From positions 1-64,000 of the forward strand of contig JBEKTQ010000002.1 of NCBI GenBank assembly GCA_049515895.1: a stretch of DNA of 64,000 bases, given 5' to 3'. The translations under genes and the position numbers were made by a program. This DNA is from Candidatus Bathyarchaeia archaeon. GTDB taxonomy: Archaea > Thermoproteota > Bathyarchaeia > Bathyarchaeales > Bathycorpusculaceae. How positions within the stretch are numbered: position 1 is the stretch's first letter; every line of letters begins with the position of its first letter. Below are positions 40,838 through 49,608 of this stretch, in pieces. Below the pieces are notes generated by a model, which had not been told where the DNA came from, did no database searches, and saw nothing but the letters and a program-made list of their open reading frames with translations.

Positions 40838-41152
40838 TTGAGTATGCGTCAGGAAAGAAAAGGCAAGATGACTGTCGCTGAGGCAGGTAGAAAAGGTGGA
40901 GAAAAGACAGCTTCAACACATGGCCGCGAGTTTTATGAGCAAATCGGTCGAAAAGGCGGTGAGAAGGTTTCCGCGGAGCGAGGCCCGGAGTTTTACAGCG
41001 AAATAGGCAGCAAAGGCGGGTCTGAAAGAGCCAAGCAGCATGAAGGCACAAGTGAAGCTATGGGGAAGACCAGCCTTGAAGAAGCAGGCCACAGAGGAGG
41101 CCAAAGGGTTCGAAGGCTAATCCAAGCCGGAAAAGAACACGAAGAAGAGTAA
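40838..41152 (+). CDS. KGG-repeat (GsiB/Em-like) stress hydrophilin, copy 1
   Basis: EAGRKGGEKT..HGREFYEQIGRKGG repeats; GGAGGTGA + 5 nt + TTG. Confidence 0.88.
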   Translation: MSMRQERKGKMTVAEAGRKGGEKTASTHGREFYEQIGRKGGEKVSAERGPEFYSEIGSKGGSERAKQHEGTSEAMGKTSLEEAGHRGGQRVRRLIQAGKEHEEE

Positions 41153-41233
41153 GAAACCCTTATTTTTAGGATTATTTTTTGTTAATTCCGTTCAAGATCT
41201 AGTTTTTCAAGCGTTTTTTAGGAGGTGAACTGG

Positions 41234-41422
41234 TTGTCCAGAGAAAAGGGTAAAATGACCGTTGAAGAGGCAGGCCGCAAGGGCGGGCTGCGAACATCTG
41301 AGACTCACGGTGAAGAATTCTACAGCGAAATAGGCCGTAAAGGCGGGAGGATAGGTGGCCCGAAAGGCGGGCAAAGAGTCCGCAAACTTATAGCAGCAGG
41401 AAAAAAGCATGAGCTTGAATAG
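41234..41422 (+). CDS. KGG-repeat stress hydrophilin, copy 2
   Basis: GKMTVEEAGRKGG..HGEEFYSEIGRKGG..KGGQRVR; GGAGGTGA + 5 nt + TTG. Confidence 0.88.
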   Translation: MSREKGKMTVEEAGRKGGLRTSETHGEEFYSEIGRKGGRIGGPKGGQRVRKLIAAGKKHELE

Positions 41423-41638
41423 ATACGCTTTTCTGCTTTTCATTTTGATTATTATCGCAAAATTTTGATTGTGGCTTTTATTTGACTTTTAGCGCAGGCG
41501 TTTTTCTTTTAAAAAAAAATCCCATGTTACTGCGCTATGACAGCCACATATCTTTAAAAGTTTTGTTAAGTGCTAGAAAAATCAGAAAGCGACTAAATCG
41601 CAAGAAAACGACTAGGAAAGCTCTTGGAGGTGACATTT

Positions 41639-41824
41639 TTGGCGAAAGAGAAAAGAAAGGGCAAGATGACGGTGGAGGAAGCTGGACGTAGAGGCGGAGA
41701 GAAAACTTCAGAGACACATGGGCGCGAATTCTACAGTGAAATAGGCCGTAAGGGCGGACAAAGGGTTCGCAGGCTAATTCAGGAAGGAAAAGCGAGTGAA
41801 CAAGAGTTAGCGGCAAACTGTTAG
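41639..41824 (+). CDS. KGG-repeat stress hydrophilin, copy 3
   Basis: GKMTVEEAGRRGGEKTSETHGREFYSEIGRKGGQRVR; GGAGGTGA + 5 nt + TTG. Confidence 0.88.
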   Translation: MAKEKRKGKMTVEEAGRRGGEKTSETHGREFYSEIGRKGGQRVRRLIQEGKASEQELAANC

Positions 41825-41834
41825 CACTTTTTTC

Positions 41835-42155
41835 ATGGATAACTCGTTTAAGGATATGGAGGTGAAAACGACGAGTAGACAAAATGCTCTGACAGGTAGA
41901 CATAACGGGATAGATCACAGTAGAGGAACAAAACGCCAATATACAAGCAGACCCGGAAAAACCGGTCGCGTCAGTCCAGTGCTTGTTGAAAAATATCTTG
42001 CAGGCATACACTTCCCAGCTGAAAAGAAGAACCTATTAGACAAAGCAACGGACAAATGTGCACCAGACGACGCTATAGACATGCTGAACAAGCTGCCAGG
42101 TAAAACTTACAAGCCGCCGATAGATATAACCAAAGAAATAGGAAAAATTGAGTAG
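41835..42155 (+). CDS. DUF2795-family protein (start uncertain)
   Basis: SPV.VEKYLAGIHFPAEK..L...A....A......L..LP...Y..P.DI. Confidence 0.8.
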   Translation: MDNSFKDMEVKTTSRQNALTGRHNGIDHSRGTKRQYTSRPGKTGRVSPVLVEKYLAGIHFPAEKKNLLDKATDKCAPDDAIDMLNKLPGKTYKPPIDITKEIGKIE

Positions 42156-42288
42156 TATCAACCGAAAAACCAGTTTTCTTTAACTTAGTTTTTTGGCCTC
42201 CCCTGTCTTGAGGCGACATCTTGTAATCAAATCAAAGTACGGATGCTATGCATTCCTTTTGACGAGTAAAAATGCGGGTTGATGCAAT

Positions 42289-42461
42289 TTGGCAGTTGAA
42301 AGCTTGCAGAAAAGGAAAATAACTAATAGAGAAGCTGGACGAAAAGGCGACGAAAAAGATTGTTAAAAGCATGGTCCCGAATTCTCAGGGAAATAGGACG
42401 GGAGCAGAACAAGGAAGTAGAAAGCACCGAACAGAGGTATGGTTTCTGCAATGAAAGCTAA
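42289..42461 (+). pseudogene. degenerate fourth KGG-repeat gene
   Basis: TTG-AVESLQKRKITNREAGRKGDEKDC*KHGPEF, then frameshift to REIGR; in-frame stop at 42364. Confidence 0.65.
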
Positions 42462-42562
42462 ACGGCTAGCAGAGCAACCAAAATATTTTTCCACCTCAAA
42501 CTCGATTTTTTCTACAACCGTCGGACAAAATGTTGAAATAGTATCCAGCCGCATTCTGTTTT

Positions 42563-43006
42563 ATGAAGCGAATTCTTGTTTTGTATTATAGCAGGACCGG
42601 CAACACGGAAAGGATGGCTAAAGCCGTAGCTGAAGGAGCAAAAATTAATGATGACATCAAAGTTGAATTGAGCTTTCACGTTGAACCGGAAGATCTGAGC
42701 GCCTTTGACGCCGTTCTTGTCGGGACCCCAACTTATCACCACGAGATGGCAATTGAATTTAAAAACCTCTTTGAGGAAGCAGCCGCAAAAGGCATTAGCT
42801 TAAAGGGCAAAGTTGGGGCGGCGTTCGGTTCCTACGGGTGGACAGGCGAAGCGCCCAAGCTTGTTGTGGAAATCATGAAGTTCAAGTTTGAGATGCAAGT
42901 GACTGAACTACCTTTGCTCGCAAGGTATCTGCCGGACCAAAAAATGCTCAGCGACTGCAAAGATTTGGGAAAAAGAGTTTCCGAAAACTTGATGAGCAAG
43001 GCTTAA
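42563..43006 (+). CDS. flavodoxin-domain protein
   Basis: YYSRTGNTERMA, GTPTY, AFGSYGW. Confidence 0.9.
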   Translation: MKRILVLYYSRTGNTERMAKAVAEGAKINDDIKVELSFHVEPEDLSAFDAVLVGTPTYHHEMAIEFKNLFEEAAAKGISLKGKVGAAFGSYGWTGEAPKLVVEIMKFKFEMQVTELPLLARYLPDQKMLSDCKDLGKRVSENLMSKA

Positions 43007-43028
43007 CATTAGCGGATGGGAGAATTTT

Positions 43029-43514
43029 ATGGAAAAACCAAAGGATAATCTTCTTGAATTCCTGAAAAATCAAATTAAGGTTGAAAAAGAAATAGTGGCT
43101 TCCCTTCAGAAACCTCTGTTGATCATGAAGAATCCAGCGGTCAAGGGAGTCCTGAAAGGGGTCTCGCTTGATTCTATAAAGCACGCTGAACTCTACATGT
43201 CAGCCATTACTCTTCTCACAGGGGCTTCCACCGCGTTAACGCAGGATAACCTGGATGAGCAGAGGAAACTTGTCGAAAAACACATAGAGATCGAGTCTGA
43301 ACTAATTAAGAAGCTGGAAAAAATGATTCCAACTATCGACAATAGTAAAGTTGTTTTTCTCTTGAACTCCATACTAGCTGACGAACGCAGACATCACGAG
43401 ATGCTGAAGATGGTTTTAGAAATAATTGTTCATGGAGAAACCATCACAGAGGATGACTGGTGGAAACTACTCTGGGAAAACGCACCGTTCCACGGAGCGC
43501 CTGGCGGAGGATAA
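43029..43514 (+). CDS. ferritin-like four-helix di-iron protein
   Basis: E..DSIKH, E..DERRH paired motifs. Confidence 0.78.
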   Translation: MEKPKDNLLEFLKNQIKVEKEIVASLQKPLLIMKNPAVKGVLKGVSLDSIKHAELYMSAITLLTGASTALTQDNLDEQRKLVEKHIEIESELIKKLEKMIPTIDNSKVVFLLNSILADERRHHEMLKMVLEIIVHGETITEDDWWKLLWENAPFHGAPGGG

Positions 43515-43540
43515 GCGGAAAAAGAACTTCAGGCTATTTG

Positions 43541-44515
43541 CTAAGAGTTAGTATTTTCCTGCATTACTTGCCCGGAAGAAGTCCATGTATCTTCGACTAT
43601 CTGTTGAAGCTCCTGAAGTACTGACGCCAACATTTCGCCTTTGCAGGTTAAACCGTAGGCTTTGGGGGTTCTTCTTATGAAGATGAGTTTTTTGCCTTTC
43701 AACCCTCTCAGATACTTGTAGGTTCTTCTCATGGAAAGCTCTGTTTCCTTCGCAAGTTTTCCGGCTGAAATTCCTTCATCTGGAATTGCATCGTACACGT
43801 TCCGTTCGGTAGTTGAGAAGGCTTCCAGGCTGGGATCTCGCTTAGATCTGAAGAAAAAGATGTAGTCTCTTTCCTCGGGGGTTTCTATTAAGCCGACGGA
43901 ACGCAGCCGTTTAAGGATTCGTGATGCAATCTTGGGCGAAATCAAGGCTTCAATGTCTTCAAACGTTTTGGGCCCTGATAGTAAGGATTGCAGGAGTATT
44001 TCTTCGTAGCATTCTGAGTGCGCTGGAAGCATTTCAGCGAATTCAGGGAAAGCTTCGAGTAGTTCGGTTAGTCGGCCGCCGAAAGTGGTTGCGTAGTATT
44101 CGTCTCGCAATTCCGTGGCGAGACCCACTGCCATTAGCGGTCGCAGGTACTCTTCGTTAATGGTGTCTTGACTGTGGCTATGTCCCGTTCTTTTGAGTTC
44201 CTGTTGCAGTTGGCTAACTGAGTATCTGCCGTTTACAATTGCTTGAAGAATGTGTAGTCTTGTCTCGCTTTTAAGAACGTTGAAGAGTTCTTTTATGTAG
44301 TTGGGATTATCCATTGTTTCGCGAAGTTTTCTTAGCTCATTCTTGAGTTTGTATACTTGGCATCGGTTTATGCATTCTAAGGGAGATATTGGGGCGCAGC
44401 TTCTGCATTCCGCGCCAAGCGTCTTAAGCATCCCTGCCAAATCTCGGGTGCTCTCCGCCTTTCGGGTTGAAGTTAGGACATTACCCACTTGTTTTATTCT
44501 CCTATTCGAATACAC
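43541..44515 (-). CDS. multi-winged-helix regulator with N-terminal 4-Cys cluster
   Basis: CRSCAPISPLECINRC then three HTH-like segments (ETRLHIL.., KTFEDI..ILKRL, ISAGKLA..YGLTCKG); true start may be downstream. Confidence 0.7.
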   Translation of the reverse strand: MYSNRRIKQVGNVLTSTRKAESTRDLAGMLKTLGAECRSCAPISPLECINRCQVYKLKNELRKLRETMDNPNYIKELFNVLKSETRLHILQAIVNGRYSVSQLQQELKRTGHSHSQDTINEEYLRPLMAVGLATELRDEYYATTFGGRLTELLEAFPEFAEMLPAHSECYEEILLQSLLSGPKTFEDIEALISPKIASRILKRLRSVGLIETPEERDYIFFFRSKRDPSLEAFSTTERNVYDAIPDEGISAGKLAKETELSMRRTYKYLRGLKGKKLIFIRRTPKAYGLTCKGEMLASVLQELQQIVEDTWTSSGQVMQENTNS

Positions 44516-44587
44516 TGCTTATGCCATGAAGAGGCAAGAAGTGAAAGTTTGTTTTGCGAGACTGGCTTTTGCGATTTGATAGCTCAT

Positions 44588-44622
44588 CATGACACGCGTC
44601 ATATTATGTGACAAGCGTCATG
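44588..44622. promoter_or_regulatory. tandem palindromic operator TGAC-N4-GTCAT x2 in a divergent promoter
   Basis: ATGAC-acgc-GTCAT and GTGAC-aagc-GTCAT directly upstream of TTTAAATA. Confidence 0.7.
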
Positions 44623-44654
44623 TTTAAATAAGTTTTCCCCAGAAATAACCCTAA

Positions 44655-45044
44655 TTGGTGCCTAACTTGATACTTCCGTGCGAGGTAGGAGTAAAAACCG
44701 TTTTGCCTTCAGTAAAGGCTATTATGGCAAGAGAAATCGTCACAAACCGCGGGTTCAACGAACAGCAAACAGCTGAACTTTTGGGACTATCACAATCTGC
44801 AGTCAGCAGATACTTAAACAAAGAAAGAGGAAACACATTAATTACATTGGAAAACTCGACTGAAATTTTGGCGCTCATAAATCAAATGGTCGCTGTGCTA
44901 ATAAAAGAGCCGAACAACAAATCAGGAGTCCTCAAGCTCTTTTGTCAGACATGCCAAGCTGTCAGAAAAAGTGGTTTAATGTGTCCATTATGCCAAAAGG
45001 AAATGCCGCAGGGTTGGGCAGAAAACTGCTTATTTTGCCACTAA
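44655..45044 (+). CDS. HTH transcriptional regulator with Cys-rich C-terminus
   Basis: PCE..LP, AELLGLSQSAVSRYL..RG, C..C...C..C...C..C. Confidence 0.82.
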   Translation: MVPNLILPCEVGVKTVLPSVKAIMAREIVTNRGFNEQQTAELLGLSQSAVSRYLNKERGNTLITLENSTEILALINQMVAVLIKEPNNKSGVLKLFCQTCQAVRKSGLMCPLCQKEMPQGWAENCLFCH

Positions 45045-45099
45045 TCAGCCTAATTAATATTTATTAAAAACGAAGTCGCCTTGATTTTGAGGGACAGAA

Positions 45100-46038
45100 A
45101 TGTCCTACGACGAAAACGCCATTCTCGATATTATCGCAAAGGTAAGCAAAACCGCTGTTAACATAAGCACTGTAAAGCTTGTGCACAACATTTTCTACCA
45201 GGCAGTGCCAGTTGCCGGAACAGGGTCAGGTACCTTAATAGATTCGACGGGGCTAATTTTAACTAACAATCACGTGGTAGGTGGCGCCCAAAAAATCAAT
45301 GTTACATTGGGTACCAACGAGGTGCTTGAAGGTACAATCGTAGGATCATGCGCCATCCATGACATAGCCGTAGTCAAGGTCGACGGGGAAGGAAGAAATC
45401 TTCAGGCGGCAGAACTCGGCGACTCAGATAAGATAAGAGTTGGGCAAAGAGTCTACGCCATCGGCAATCCTTTCGGGCTGGCTGGCGGTCCAAGCGTAAC
45501 TTCAGGGGTTATAAGCGCAATCAACAGGACGATAGAGTCGGAAAGAGGCTTGATAGAGAACCTTGTTCAAACCGATGCCTCTATTAACCCTGGAAACAGT
45601 GGCGGTCCACTTGTCGACGTCGGGGGTAAAGTAATCGCAATAAACACGGCGATTATTCCATTTGCTCAAGGCATTGGTTTCGCCATCCCAGTGAACCAGG
45701 CAAAGGAATGCACCGACGAAATTGCAGTGGGAGGCACCGCCAAAAAGCCATATCTCGGAATAGTCGGTTTAAGTCTAACCATGGAAATCGCACGCTACTA
45801 CGCGTTGCCAGTTGATCATGGAGTTTTAGTAACAAGGGTTGCCGAGGGTAGCCCTGCAGAGTCTGCTGGGATGTCTGAAGGAGATATCATCTTGGAAATA
45901 AGTAATGCCGAGACACATAGAATTGAAGATTTGGTGAATGAGATTCATGGGAAGAAAGTTGGCGAAGTCGTCAGAATTCTTGCGGTGCATAATGGCAGGG
46001 AGCACCTTTTTGAGATAAAACTAAGTGAAGCGCCTTAG
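45100..46038 (+). CDS. HtrA/DegP-like serine protease with one PDZ domain
   Basis: TNNHVV, DIAVV, QTDASINPGNSGGPL, PYLGI, GSPA..AG. Confidence 0.93.
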   Translation: MSYDENAILDIIAKVSKTAVNISTVKLVHNIFYQAVPVAGTGSGTLIDSTGLILTNNHVVGGAQKINVTLGTNEVLEGTIVGSCAIHDIAVVKVDGEGRNLQAAELGDSDKIRVGQRVYAIGNPFGLAGGPSVTSGVISAINRTIESERGLIENLVQTDASINPGNSGGPLVDVGGKVIAINTAIIPFAQGIGFAIPVNQAKECTDEIAVGGTAKKPYLGIVGLSLTMEIARYYALPVDHGVLVTRVAEGSPAESAGMSEGDIILEISNAETHRIEDLVNEIHGKKVGEVVRILAVHNGREHLFEIKLSEAP

Positions 46039-46070
46039 CTCAGCTTTGTTTGAAAATGGGGATGCATGGG

Positions 46071-46502
46071 TTGAGTCAAAACGTAATTAAGGAAATCTTG
46101 GAAAAATACAGGGTTATCGCAGTTGTTGGGTTATCGAAAGAGCCTGGAAAAGACAGCCACAGAGTTAGTGCTTATCTAAAACAGTGTGGCTACCGAATAA
46201 TACCAGTAAACCCTTTTGCAAACGAGGTCCTCGGCGAAAAAAGTTACCCGAGCCTACTTGAAATCCCGCCTGAAATCCAGAAAACCATTGAAATCGTTGA
46301 TGTTTTCAGACCCGCGGAAGATGTGCCTCCGATAATGGAGCAAGCCATCAAGCTCAAGCAGAAGAACGGAAAACCCTTCGTTTTCTGGATGCAACTTGGA
46401 ATTGTAAACAAAGAAGCCGCTGAAGCTGGCAGGCATGCAGGTTTAACGGTTATTATGGATAAATGTCTGATGATTGAACACAACCATTTAGCGCCTACAT
46501 GA
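46071..46502 (+). CDS. CoA-binding protein (YccU-like)
   Basis: IAVVGLS, IIPVNP, VDVFRP, WMQLGI, MDKC. Confidence 0.9.
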   Translation: MSQNVIKEILEKYRVIAVVGLSKEPGKDSHRVSAYLKQCGYRIIPVNPFANEVLGEKSYPSLLEIPPEIQKTIEIVDVFRPAEDVPPIMEQAIKLKQKNGKPFVFWMQLGIVNKEAAEAGRHAGLTVIMDKCLMIEHNHLAPT

Positions 46503-46974
46503 TTTCCTCCAGGGCCTTCTGAATCTCCATATAGTTCGGCTCAACTGAGGGATTTTCTGAAACCCAAACGTACCTAACTACGCCGTTCATGTCCAAGATG
46601 AATATTGAGCGTTTCGCGACTGTGTACCCATTGAGCCCAGCGAAGTTAGGCAGCTCTAACCCGTAGGCTTTGATGGTTTCACGCTTGTAGTCGCTAAGCA
46701 CTGGAAAGGGCAGCCTGTTTTTCTCCAGGAAAGCTTTATTGCTGAATGGGTCGTTGACGCTTATTCCTACGACTTGCGCTTTTAGATCGGTAAGCCGAGA
46801 CATAGAATCGCGAAACTCACACATCTCTTTCGTGCATGTCGAAGTGAAAGCTCCGACGAAAAAAGCCAAAACGATTTTTTGGCCCATAAACTCCTTGAGG
46901 CTTCTCTGTTTCATGTCAGTATCAGGAAGGGTAAAATCAGGTGCTTTATCCCCAACTTTGATTTTGGTATCCAT
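46495..46974 (-). CDS. peroxiredoxin (BCP/PrxQ type)
   Basis: [29 protein letters not shown]. Confidence 0.9.
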   Translation of the reverse strand: MDTKIKVGDKAPDFTLPDTDMKQRSLKEFMGQKIVLAFFVGAFTSTCTKEMCEFRDSMSRLTDLKAQVVGISVNDPFSNKAFLEKNRLPFPVLSDYKRETIKAYGLELPNFAGLNGYTVAKRSIFILDMNGVVRYVWVSENPSVEPNYMEIQKALEEIM

Positions 46975-47031
46975 AGAATTTCAGGTCCAATATTCTAGGA
47001 AAAGAGTAGGCGTATAAATGGATGACGTTTT

Positions 47032-47691
47032 CTATTCGAAAGCAAAAGCGCATGGGCAAATCTTGTTCAGAACGCATATGTCACATTTGGGTTTTCTTGC
47101 AATGCAGACTTGCCTTCCATGGAAAATCAGCAGGTCAGTGAGTTTCATCCATTTCTCTTTCGGCGTGATTTGCATTAAGTCAAGTTCAATTTTTGCAGCG
47201 TCATCGTTTTCAGTTAAGCCAAGCCGCTGTGAAAGCCTGTGGACATGAGTGTCAACTGCTACTCCCGCAACTACGCCGTAGGAGTTGTTTAACACGATGT
47301 TGGCTGTTTTTCTTGCTACTCCTGGAAGCTCCAGCAGCTCCTCCATAGTCTTAGGGACCTGCGAACGGAATTTTTCCACTAGGAGCCGGCAACATCTCTG
47401 CAAGTTTCTGGCTTTGTTATGGTAAAAGCCTGTTGAACGTATGTCCTGCTCAAGCTCTTTTATGTCAGCGTTCGCGTAATCTTCCGGTGTGCGGTACTTC
47501 TTGAATAAGTTTCGGGTCACAGTGTTGACTTGCACATCGGTTGTCTGGGCAGAAAGCATAGTGGCAACAAGCATTTCCAAGGGGTTTGAGTAGTTGAGCG
47601 CGGTTTTTGCGTCGGGATACTGTTTTTCAAGTAATTCGATTATCTTTGTGACGCGTGCTTTGGGTTCAAGGTAGATCTCTGGTTTTTTCAT
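47032..47691 (-). CDS. nth: endonuclease III
   Basis: LSAQTTD, LPGVARKTAN (HhH), VDTHV, C.ARKPKC..C.L...C. Confidence 0.96.
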   Translation of the reverse strand: MKKPEIYLEPKARVTKIIELLEKQYPDAKTALNYSNPLEMLVATMLSAQTTDVQVNTVTRNLFKKYRTPEDYANADIKELEQDIRSTGFYHNKARNLQRCCRLLVEKFRSQVPKTMEELLELPGVARKTANIVLNNSYGVVAGVAVDTHVHRLSQRLGLTENDDAAKIELDLMQITPKEKWMKLTDLLIFHGRQVCIARKPKCDICVLNKICPCAFAFE

Positions 47692-47907
47692 CCTTCATGC
47701 CTCTCAGAAGAAATGTGAGTAGATATAATAAAATTAAACGTGGCGGAGATAAAAGATTTTTGTAGCTCGATGGTTTTAACTGTTTAACATTTGTTTAGTA
47801 ATTCTTGTATATTCTTTAAATTTGGTAAGTAATAATCGGCCATACTAGCGCAATGTTTATATGATTTATAATAATCTGAAAATATGAACTTATCTGAAGT
47901 GGCAACC

Positions 47908-48465
47908 ATGGTCAACCCAACCAGAGTAACAGTCGCCTTCGACAAAACCACAGCTGATCTATTGGAAAAAATAAGCAAAGAAGCAGAAGTCTCCCAGAGC
48001 GAAGTTATGCGTCGCGCCCTAAAATTCTACAACGAAAACATGGCACTTGAAGACCCCGCAATTAAGAAAAAAATCCACGGCTACATGGACATGCTGCTTG
48101 GCGGCGAACACATAATCCTCGACGTTGACCATTGGCTCATGTTCCTAAGTCTAATTGCTACATCGCCTCAAAAAGAAAAGTTTTGGAATGAACACAAAGA
48201 AGTAGCCCGAGCCCACTGGGAACAGCTAAAAACGAAGGTCCGTTCTCCCGAAGAAATGCTCACTCGCCTTGAGGTCTGCAACTTCTTCCGCCTTACAAAA
48301 AACGCCCCAAACGACTACACACTTGTCTTGGTTTCAGAGATGTCGAAAGACTTCATCAGAGTATTCCTTGAAGAGTATTTCTCAGCCATGGGCGTCAAAG
48401 CGGAGATAAAAGAAAACTTAACCAAACTTAGAGTAACCATTAAGCCATCCAGTCCGAGAATCTAG
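47908..48465 (+). CDS. CopG/RHH regulator with C-terminal ligand-binding-like domain
   Basis: RVTVAFD..SQSEVMRRAL; GEHIILDVDHW. Confidence 0.75.
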   Translation: MVNPTRVTVAFDKTTADLLEKISKEAEVSQSEVMRRALKFYNENMALEDPAIKKKIHGYMDMLLGGEHIILDVDHWLMFLSLIATSPQKEKFWNEHKEVARAHWEQLKTKVRSPEEMLTRLEVCNFFRLTKNAPNDYTLVLVSEMSKDFIRVFLEEYFSAMGVKAEIKENLTKLRVTIKPSSPRI

Positions 48466-48531
48466 GCGTTGTCTTCCCCCAGAAACCTTTTACCCTCAAA
48501 TTTACTAACCAATACAACAGGTGAATTTGAG

Positions 48532-48681
48532 TTGAGTCTAAAACTGAAAGTTGACGGAAAGGAAATACCCCTTAATGAGTTTGTGGAAAAAATTTTAGCT
48601 GGAACAATAACTGGGGCGGTAACTGCCTTGCGGGGAATAAAGGATGACTGGGAAAAAATTGAAATAGAAATCCAAAAATAA
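48532..48681 (+). CDS. 49-aa protein resembling the archaeal MobB C-terminal domain
   Basis: LKVDGKEIPLNEFV..I...I.G.V..LRG..IEIEI; GGTGA SD before TTG 48532. Confidence 0.6.
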   Translation: MSLKLKVDGKEIPLNEFVEKILAGTITGAVTALRGIKDDWEKIEIEIQK

Positions 48682-48683
48682 GC

Positions 48684-49253
48684 TTAGCCGTTAAATTCGA
48701 CTGAACTCTCTATTTCCGCGAACAGCTCCTTTTTGGCTTTGCATATGGGACAGATGTACGGCGGGTCCTCCCTGAAAACCACGTAACCACATTGCTTGCA
48801 GTACCATAACTTCTTTTTGACCGTCGGCTGAGCTTTCCCTGCGACTGGAATTGCTGTCGCCGGTTTCTCTTGAGTTCCCCCTGCTGCCGCCTGTTTGGTC
48901 GGGACTGCCTGTGCGCCGTACGCTCTTTCCTGCTTTTCCAGCGGTCTTCGCTCGGGAACTTCAGGCAAGTTTTGACTTTCATAAACTTGCTTATTAACGT
49001 AAAGCCGACAGTAGCAGGCACCATACTGTGCGACGTCTGGATCGCGGTAGTCACAGGGGCAAATGATGTCCCGGTCGAACTCGAAGCTGCCTGATGTAAG
49101 CCTGCATGGGCACAGCGGGTAGCCATATCTATCTTCATTTGTCTTTAATCCTTCAAGGAAACCTTGTAGCAAATCGGGTTGAGGGGTAAGATAATACCCA
49201 TAGGTTTTAGCGTCTGCTTCGGCTCTCTTCCGGACTTCTTCTGTGGTGGTCAA
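48684..49253 (-). CDS. ferredoxin:thioredoxin/disulfide reductase catalytic subunit with C-terminal rubredoxin-like domain
   Basis: YG..CPCR, CPC, CYC.LY, then WYCKQCGY..CPIC. Confidence 0.9.
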   Translation of the reverse strand: MTTTEEVRKRAEADAKTYGYYLTPQPDLLQGFLEGLKTNEDRYGYPLCPCRLTSGSFEFDRDIICPCDYRDPDVAQYGACYCRLYVNKQVYESQNLPEVPERRPLEKQERAYGAQAVPTKQAAAGGTQEKPATAIPVAGKAQPTVKKKLWYCKQCGYVVFREDPPYICPICKAKKELFAEIESSVEFNG

Positions 49254-49534
49254 ATTTCAAGAGCCTCCTTAAGTTTGTCCTTGCGGAAACCCGTGATCAC
49301 AACCTTGTCATCAACAATCGTTGTGGGATAGCTGAGCATGCCTCCTTTGCTTTGGATTGTCTCGCGGATTTTCTGCTTCTCTTCCTCTTCGGCTAAGTCA
49401 ACGTCGACGTATTCGTATTCGATGTTGTTTTCGTTTAGGTATTGTTTTGTTAGTTTGCACCAAACGCATGTGCTTAACGCGTAGAGGAAAACCTTGTGCT
49501 TATTGTTCTTGCCAGCAATCTTAGAAATGTTCAT
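49250..49534 (-). CDS. glutaredoxin/NrdH-like protein
   Basis: LSTCVWC, YP, GF; 4-nt overlap with the reductase gene. Confidence 0.9.
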   Translation of the reverse strand: MNISKIAGKNNKHKVFLYALSTCVWCKLTKQYLNENNIEYEYVDVDLAEEEEKQKIRETIQSKGGMLSYPTTIVDDKVVITGFRKDKLKEALEI

Positions 49535-49608
49535 ATCAAAACAACTCTGCTAGAAACAGTTGCTTGCAGGATAATATAACTTTTTAGATTTGAAAATTGG
49601 GGAGGGAT

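Noticed and set aside
41535-42011. ORF-track 158-aa minus-strand ORF
   Set aside because: Antisense to KGG copy 3 and DUF2795; no recognisable motif
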